Shown here: one piece after another, positions 55,202 to 59,296 of the stretch | Numbering within the stretch: position 1 is the stretch's first letter | Layout of the letters: every line of letters begins with the position of its first letter | IMG/VR virus record: IMGVR_UViG_3300039171_000065 | Coordinates: 1-59,296 of that record | Source: a virus | Taxonomy: Duplodnaviria > Caudoviricetes | Length of the DNA: 59,296 bases | Strand: one strand, 5' to 3' | Position numbers and translations under genes: made by a program | The notes under the pieces: model-generated | The model's input: the letters and a program-made list of their open reading frames with translations, nothing else | Told to the model about the DNA's origin: nothing | Database searches by the model: none

Positions 55202-55447
55202 ATGGTAATTATTTACGGAACTCCGAACTGTTCATTCTGTGCAAAAGCAAAAAAACTTTGTGAAGATAAAGGATTGCCTTACAGCTACAAAACAGTTAAT
55301 GTAGAGGTTACAGTAGAACAACTTACCGAAATGGTGGGTTCTCCTGTAAAGACTGTACCACAAATTTTTATGTCTAATGACGGATTTACTGAGTACGTTG
55401 GTGGATTTGAACAGTTAAAGACAAAAATTAAAAACATGACTATGTGA
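55202..55447 (+). CDS. Glutaredoxin
   Basis: CSFC, TVPQIF, YVGGF. Confidence 0.93.
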   Translation: MVIIYGTPNCSFCAKAKKLCEDKGLPYSYKTVNVEVTVEQLTEMVGSPVKTVPQIFMSNDGFTEYVGGFEQLKTKIKNMTM

Positions 55448-55536
55448 GAAAATCATGAAACCGCAAATGTGTTAGAATTTGATCTTCTCGATTTGATGGA
55501 TATGGTACAACGAAAAAAATTTGAGGAAAATAAAGT

Positions 55537-56424
55537 ATGAGTCTAGTAGACGAAAAATTAAAAGATATGTATCTTCACATCATTGAAGAGGGTGAAAGCA
55601 AAAGCACTAGAACGGGTAACGTAATTAGTGTGTGGGATAAGAGGCTGGAATTTGATCTTTCAAAAGAATTTCCAGCAGTCACCAATAAAAAATTTGCTAT
55701 GAATTCTTGTTTTGGTGAGCTTCTTTACTTTTTATCGGGTTCGACATCTCTTGAAGTTCTAAAACATTATACGTTCAACGATCAAGATTCAGACAAGTGG
55801 ACTATTTGGACAAATGACGCCGAGCGATGGGGTGGTAAAGGAAATATTGTTTTGGGAAATCTATATCCTCATCAATGGAGAAGCTACGGTTCCGATTACA
55901 ATATAGACACACCGACAAAACCAGTTGATCAAATTAAAAACTTGATTGATAGATTAAAAAGCGAACCTGATCGACGCGATCATATTGTTATGGCATGGAA
56001 TCCATACGAAATTGAAAACGATTTGATGGCTTTAAAACCTTGTCATCTTGGCTTTCAGTGTTATATCAATCAAGAAACGGGAAAGCTTAATTTAAAATTC
56101 TGGCAACGATCTGTTGATTCGTTTCTAGGTCTACCCTTTAATATTGCGTCATACGCTTTATTAACTCACCTTCTGGCAAAGTGGACAGGGTATGAAGTTG
56201 GAACTCTGTCATGTGACTTAGGTGATGTGCATGTTTATGAAAATCACATGGATGCAATCTTTGAATTTATTAACAATGAAACTCATGTAGGGCCAACCAT
56301 TCAACTACCAAAAGGAACTGACACACTAGAGAGTACATTGGAATTGACATCATTAGATTTTAAAGGGTGTCTAAAAAATTACACACATAGTGGAGTTATT
56401 AAAGCACCTCTAAGTGTTGGCTAA
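55537..56424 (+). CDS. thyA: Thymidylate synthase
   Basis: RTG, FPAVT.K, ELLYFL.G, Y..QWR, MALKPCH, QRSVD.FLGLPFNIASY, GDVHVY.NH. Confidence 0.96.
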   Translation: MSLVDEKLKDMYLHIIEEGESKSTRTGNVISVWDKRLEFDLSKEFPAVTNKKFAMNSCFGELLYFLSGSTSLEVLKHYTFNDQDSDKWTIWTNDAERWGGKGNIVLGNLYPHQWRSYGSDYNIDTPTKPVDQIKNLIDRLKSEPDRRDHIVMAWNPYEIENDLMALKPCHLGFQCYINQETGKLNLKFWQRSVDSFLGLPFNIASYALLTHLLAKWTGYEVGTLSCDLGDVHVYENHMDAIFEFINNETHVGPTIQLPKGTDTLESTLELTSLDFKGCLKNYTHSGVIKAPLSVG

Positions 56425-56537
56425 CTTTGAAATTATCTATTGACTCTCATCACCCAATATGAAAAGATAATTGAAATAAAAATACAGATAACAAATTTTG
56501 AAAATTATTTTTATGTGTAAATTGCGGGGAAATAAAT

Positions 56538-56702
56538 GTGAAAAAATTCTATGTTGAAATAGAACAAAATGGTGGTGAATATTATGCATGGGTTACTTTC
56601 TTCGCCGAAAAAGTGGAGAAAACACAAGACGAAAACGTGCTTTTAGTTGATGGACGCAAAATGACCTTTGAGGAAAAGGTTATGGTGATTGGGAATGATT
56701 AA
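56538..56702 (+). CDS. Small hypothetical protein (54 aa, not in ORF track)
   Basis: GTG start after GGGGA; KKFYVEIEQNGGEYYAW... Confidence 0.5.
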   Translation: MKKFYVEIEQNGGEYYAWVTFFAEKVEKTQDENVLLVDGRKMTFEEKVMVIGND

Positions 56703-56705
56703 CCA

Positions 56706-56787
56706 TTGACTCAAACCCCCTCACTATGACATAATATCCTTGTAGTGAGGAATGGCCCTCGAAAGAAAGCCTTTAGGAGATTACACT
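56706..56787 (+). promoter_or_regulatory. Early promoter/RBS cassette with palindromic arms
   Basis: TTGACT...CATAAT; CCTCACTA-16-TAGTGAGG; TAGGAGATT. Confidence 0.8.
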
Positions 56788-57234
56788 ATGAACTTTCTAT
56801 ATACAAATCTGACGTATGAAGAAATGGTTTGTGAAGCTGAATACAACAATAACACATTAGCCATTGCCATTTCAGAATCCGCTGTTGCTGTTGCAAGAGA
56901 AGAAATTGAAAGCGAAGAAGAAAAGATTGATAATGGTGAGGTGATTTCAAAGGCTGGTGTTGCATCCGTTTGTCGGTTCTTGTACACACAAGCGTCATGG
57001 GAAAAGGAAGAGTCTCGATCTGAATGGTATGTTGATGAATTCCACGGTGATTTCAATCCTGCAAAAAACCACATCGGTGTTGTGAAATCAAATGGTGGGT
57101 ACAAAGCTTTTGTTAAATATGGCCCATACGGTGAAGAAGACCTAGACCAATACGTGGACACACTCAAGCGAGCAAAGGTCTTGGCCATTGAACTTGCTGT
57201 TACAGCCGCTGGCGAAGGTTTGCTTCTGAAATAG
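56788..57234 (+). CDS. Hypothetical early protein
   Basis: Follows the cassette RBS. Confidence 0.75.
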   Translation: MNFLYTNLTYEEMVCEAEYNNNTLAIAISESAVAVAREEIESEEEKIDNGEVISKAGVASVCRFLYTQASWEKEESRSEWYVDEFHGDFNPAKNHIGVVKSNGGYKAFVKYGPYGEEDLDQYVDTLKRAKVLAIELAVTAAGEGLLLK

Positions 57235-57245
57235 AAAGGAATAAT

Positions 57246-57755
57246 ATGAAAGTAGTTTCTGTAGTAGACACAAAGAACACAAAACAATGCTCTTATAGAG
57301 AGGTTGGTGTAGTCATGGTAATCAAACGCTATGGCTACACATTTTGCATAACAAAATCATACAACTCTTTAATGAACTGTTATCTTTTGTGTGAATACAA
57401 AACTGGAAAAGAGTTTAGTGCATTTGGGCTTCCGTTAAAAATGGAAGATTCTGACGTTGATCGTGTTGTTGAAAGATCAAATGCATATCTTGATAAAATA
57501 GACAAAGAATTTGTTAAAGATTACTTGTCTAGATTTCCTGTAGTGAATGAGGATGTTCCCGATAATAGTGATTCGCCCGATTACAGTGATGTTAAGTTAA
57601 AGCAAAGACTAAAAGAACAAAACGAAAAAGCTATCATGGAGAAGATGGCTAATCCAAAAAAGAAAAAGGTGGTAGAGAAAGAGAAAGTGTCTGCTATTAA
57701 GAAAAAGAGAGGCAGGCCAAAGAAATTGGTAGAAAAAGATAATACGTTGTTTTGA
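57246..57755 (+). CDS. Hypothetical protein with a basic AT-hook-like tail
   Basis: KKKRGRPKK near the C-terminus. Confidence 0.7.
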   Translation: MKVVSVVDTKNTKQCSYREVGVVMVIKRYGYTFCITKSYNSLMNCYLLCEYKTGKEFSAFGLPLKMEDSDVDRVVERSNAYLDKIDKEFVKDYLSRFPVVNEDVPDNSDSPDYSDVKLKQRLKEQNEKAIMEKMANPKKKKVVEKEKVSAIKKKRGRPKKLVEKDNTLF

Positions 57756-57786
57756 AAAAAAAGGGAACCAATTTGGTTCCCTTTTT
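57756..57786. terminator. Bidirectional terminator
   Basis: Identical to 2506-2536. Confidence 0.85.
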
Positions 57787-57791
57787 CGTTT

Positions 57792-58670
57792 CTATCTAAG
57801 CTGAATAAATTTCCAACCGACTGTGTTTCTTCCTGTTGGAACATTTTGTTGTCGATTATTAATAAAAACTTCGCCTTTTCCCATGAAAGAATTAGCCATA
57901 GATGCGCTTATCTTTTTGTCTTTGCAAAAATACTCTATACTTCCAGTTAAAAACTCACTGCCGTTCGGAGAAATTGCCTTAAACATAGCCTTATCTTCAT
58001 TAATCATAAAACAGTTGTTGTCATGAAATCTTAATAATCCTCTACCACCAGATTTCCCACAATGAGGACATGTATAAATTTTTCCTTTATGAGATTCACT
58101 CATTTTGTTTTTTGTTTCTTCTGATCTTAATAATCCTGTATGAGTCTTTCTAACCATATCACCAAACCCTTCTGCCTTTTTTACTCCCTTTAATCTTATT
58201 GATGATGGGTGTACTTCATACCGGAGATGGGATTTACTTATGTTCTTTTTTTGTGATTCTGACATCACTCTTCCTTTTCTGGTTTTGCTCATCTTCTTTC
58301 TTGTTTCTTCTGTATGAGTAGTTCCATGACGAGGATGAAGTTTACCTTCTCTAAATGATCCACCTCTGATTAAATTATAACAATCTCTATCTTTAACCAT
58401 TTCGTTTGTAACAAATTCATATTCATGATTTATGAGTTCTTCTCTGTTATCAAAAAAATTTAAAATTACCTTAATAAAATTATCACTACCATGAACACCA
58501 ATTTCGTTTAAAAGTCTTTCACCACTTCCCATGTAACCGTCATTCATGTTTTTTGTTGAATGAATTCCGTAGTAGTATCCAATCGAATCTGTTCTAATTA
58601 TCTTATAAAAATAATGATATATATCATCTGATTTCTTTGATACTTTACTATAAATAGGTTTGCTGTCCAT
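57792..58670 (-). CDS. Seg-like GIY-YIG homing endonuclease with NUMOD3 repeats
   Basis: YFYKI...YYYGIHST...DGYMGSG, CYNL..GG, HTEETRKKMS, RSEETKNKMS, CPHCG. Confidence 0.9.
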   Translation of the reverse strand: MDSKPIYSKVSKKSDDIYHYFYKIIRTDSIGYYYGIHSTKNMNDGYMGSGERLLNEIGVHGSDNFIKVILNFFDNREELINHEYEFVTNEMVKDRDCYNLIRGGSFREGKLHPRHGTTHTEETRKKMSKTRKGRVMSESQKKNISKSHLRYEVHPSSIRLKGVKKAEGFGDMVRKTHTGLLRSEETKNKMSESHKGKIYTCPHCGKSGGRGLLRFHDNNCFMINEDKAMFKAISPNGSEFLTGSIEYFCKDKKISASMANSFMGKGEVFINNRQQNVPTGRNTVGWKFIQLR

Positions 58671-58732
58671 ATCACTTTCCTGTTAGTGGATAGAGTGAGT
58701 GGGTGTTAACGCACCGCGACTCACTCACTCTT

Positions 58733-59296
58733 TCATTGTTGCATCTTCCACGCTTCTGATTTTGAACCTTTCTGAAAACGTGCAAGAGGTAAAAATAAAC
58801 AAAGTTCCCATGATTGGGACGGAATCTCTACGAATTTTGATCTAACTTGATCCATTCTATATTCTTTAACAGCATGTTCAAAGTATTTGCTTTGTGCAAG
58901 TGTTGATATAACTTTCCATGAAATGTCAAGCTTTGTTGACTTAACAAACCTATCCCTACTTTTAAAACGCAAAAGCGCACGAAAAGCTGCCATTCTTAAA
59001 ACAGGACTGAGGTAGTGAAAATTAATTCCAACAAAATTCTCAGAACCACTTTTTGTTCTATACGCTCTGAATGGAATTATAAGCGGGTATCTATCCCACA
59101 CTGGCAATGTGTCTTTATTTAAAGCTGAATATTCAAAAAACGCCATTTTTCCTAACGTTAGACCATCACTAAACAATTCTTGATCACGAAACATCCTAGC
59201 AGTTCTTACGCTACTAAAGTTCTTTGTAACACGTTTTCTAAACCAGTCCATACTCTTTTTAATGTTACGTCTTGACTTTGGGCCTTGGCTTTCAAA
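58733..59296 (-). CDS. gp2: DNA end protector protein (5'-partial)
   Basis: F.Y....KDTLP.WDRYPL, GINFHYL.P..R, F...VK.Y, W...LFLP..RF; frame stays open to the window edge. Confidence 0.9.
   Translation of the reverse strand, partial: FESQGPKSRRNIKKSMDWFRKRVTKNFSSVRTARMFRDQELFSDGLTLGKMAFFEYSALNKDTLPVWDRYPLIIPFRAYRTKSGSENFVGINFHYLSPVLRMAAFRALLRFKSRDRFVKSTKLDISWKVISTLAQSKYFEHAVKEYRMDQVRSKFVEIPSQSWELCLFLPLARFQKGSKSEAWKMQQ

Noticed and set aside
55537-56424. dUMP/dCMP hydroxymethylase implying hypermodified DNA
   Set aside because: Canonical ThyA motifs including PFNIASY; no base-modification cluster seen in this window
49566-56787. True integron with attC sites
   Set aside because: No integrase in the window and no RYYYAAC/GTTRRRY cores; the repeats are promoter/RBS units
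58649-58656. TATAAATA on the plus strand inside the endonuclease gene
   Set aside because: No downstream plus-strand gene; a chance match is likely in AT-rich DNA, although antisense transcription cannot be excluded
1-59296. Alternative genetic code (TGA or TAG reassigned)
   Set aside because: All core genes are full length under code 11 and use TAA, TGA and TAG as true stops

Overview
A 59.3-kb piece of a large lytic T4-superfamily myovirus genome with bacterial sigma70-type early promoters and gp55-type late promoters (T/C/G-ATAAATA). It runs from the major capsid gene (gp23) to gp2. In between are the recombination, replication and late-transcription core (uvsY, gp3, uvsW, gp55, gp47/46, gp45/44/62, regA, gp43, uvsX, gp41, gp33, gp59, gp32) and nucleotide metabolism (nrdAB, thyA, dCMP deaminase, dNMP kinase, glutaredoxin, glyA). 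Accessory content includes four free-standing homing endonucleases, a three-gene RNA-repair module, two tandem DNA methyltransferases, several late genes with capsid-targeting-like N-termini, and an array of small early genes each headed by a repeated promoter/RBS cassette. The most unusual items are a D-arm-less, CCA-ended tRNA-like gene with a UCU anticodon loop (39429-39513), early-promoter cassettes whose -10 box sits between covarying palindromic arms at a fixed 16-nt spacing with nearby shuffling scars, a duplicated late-promoter/capsid-targeting leader driving an ADP-ribosyltransferase-like gene, and a repeat-rich candidate origin next to an RNase HI gene. All calls come from motif recognition and synteny by eye; no database searches were run. 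Several starts were moved downstream of the ORF track to the ATG that has a Shine-Dalgarno site.
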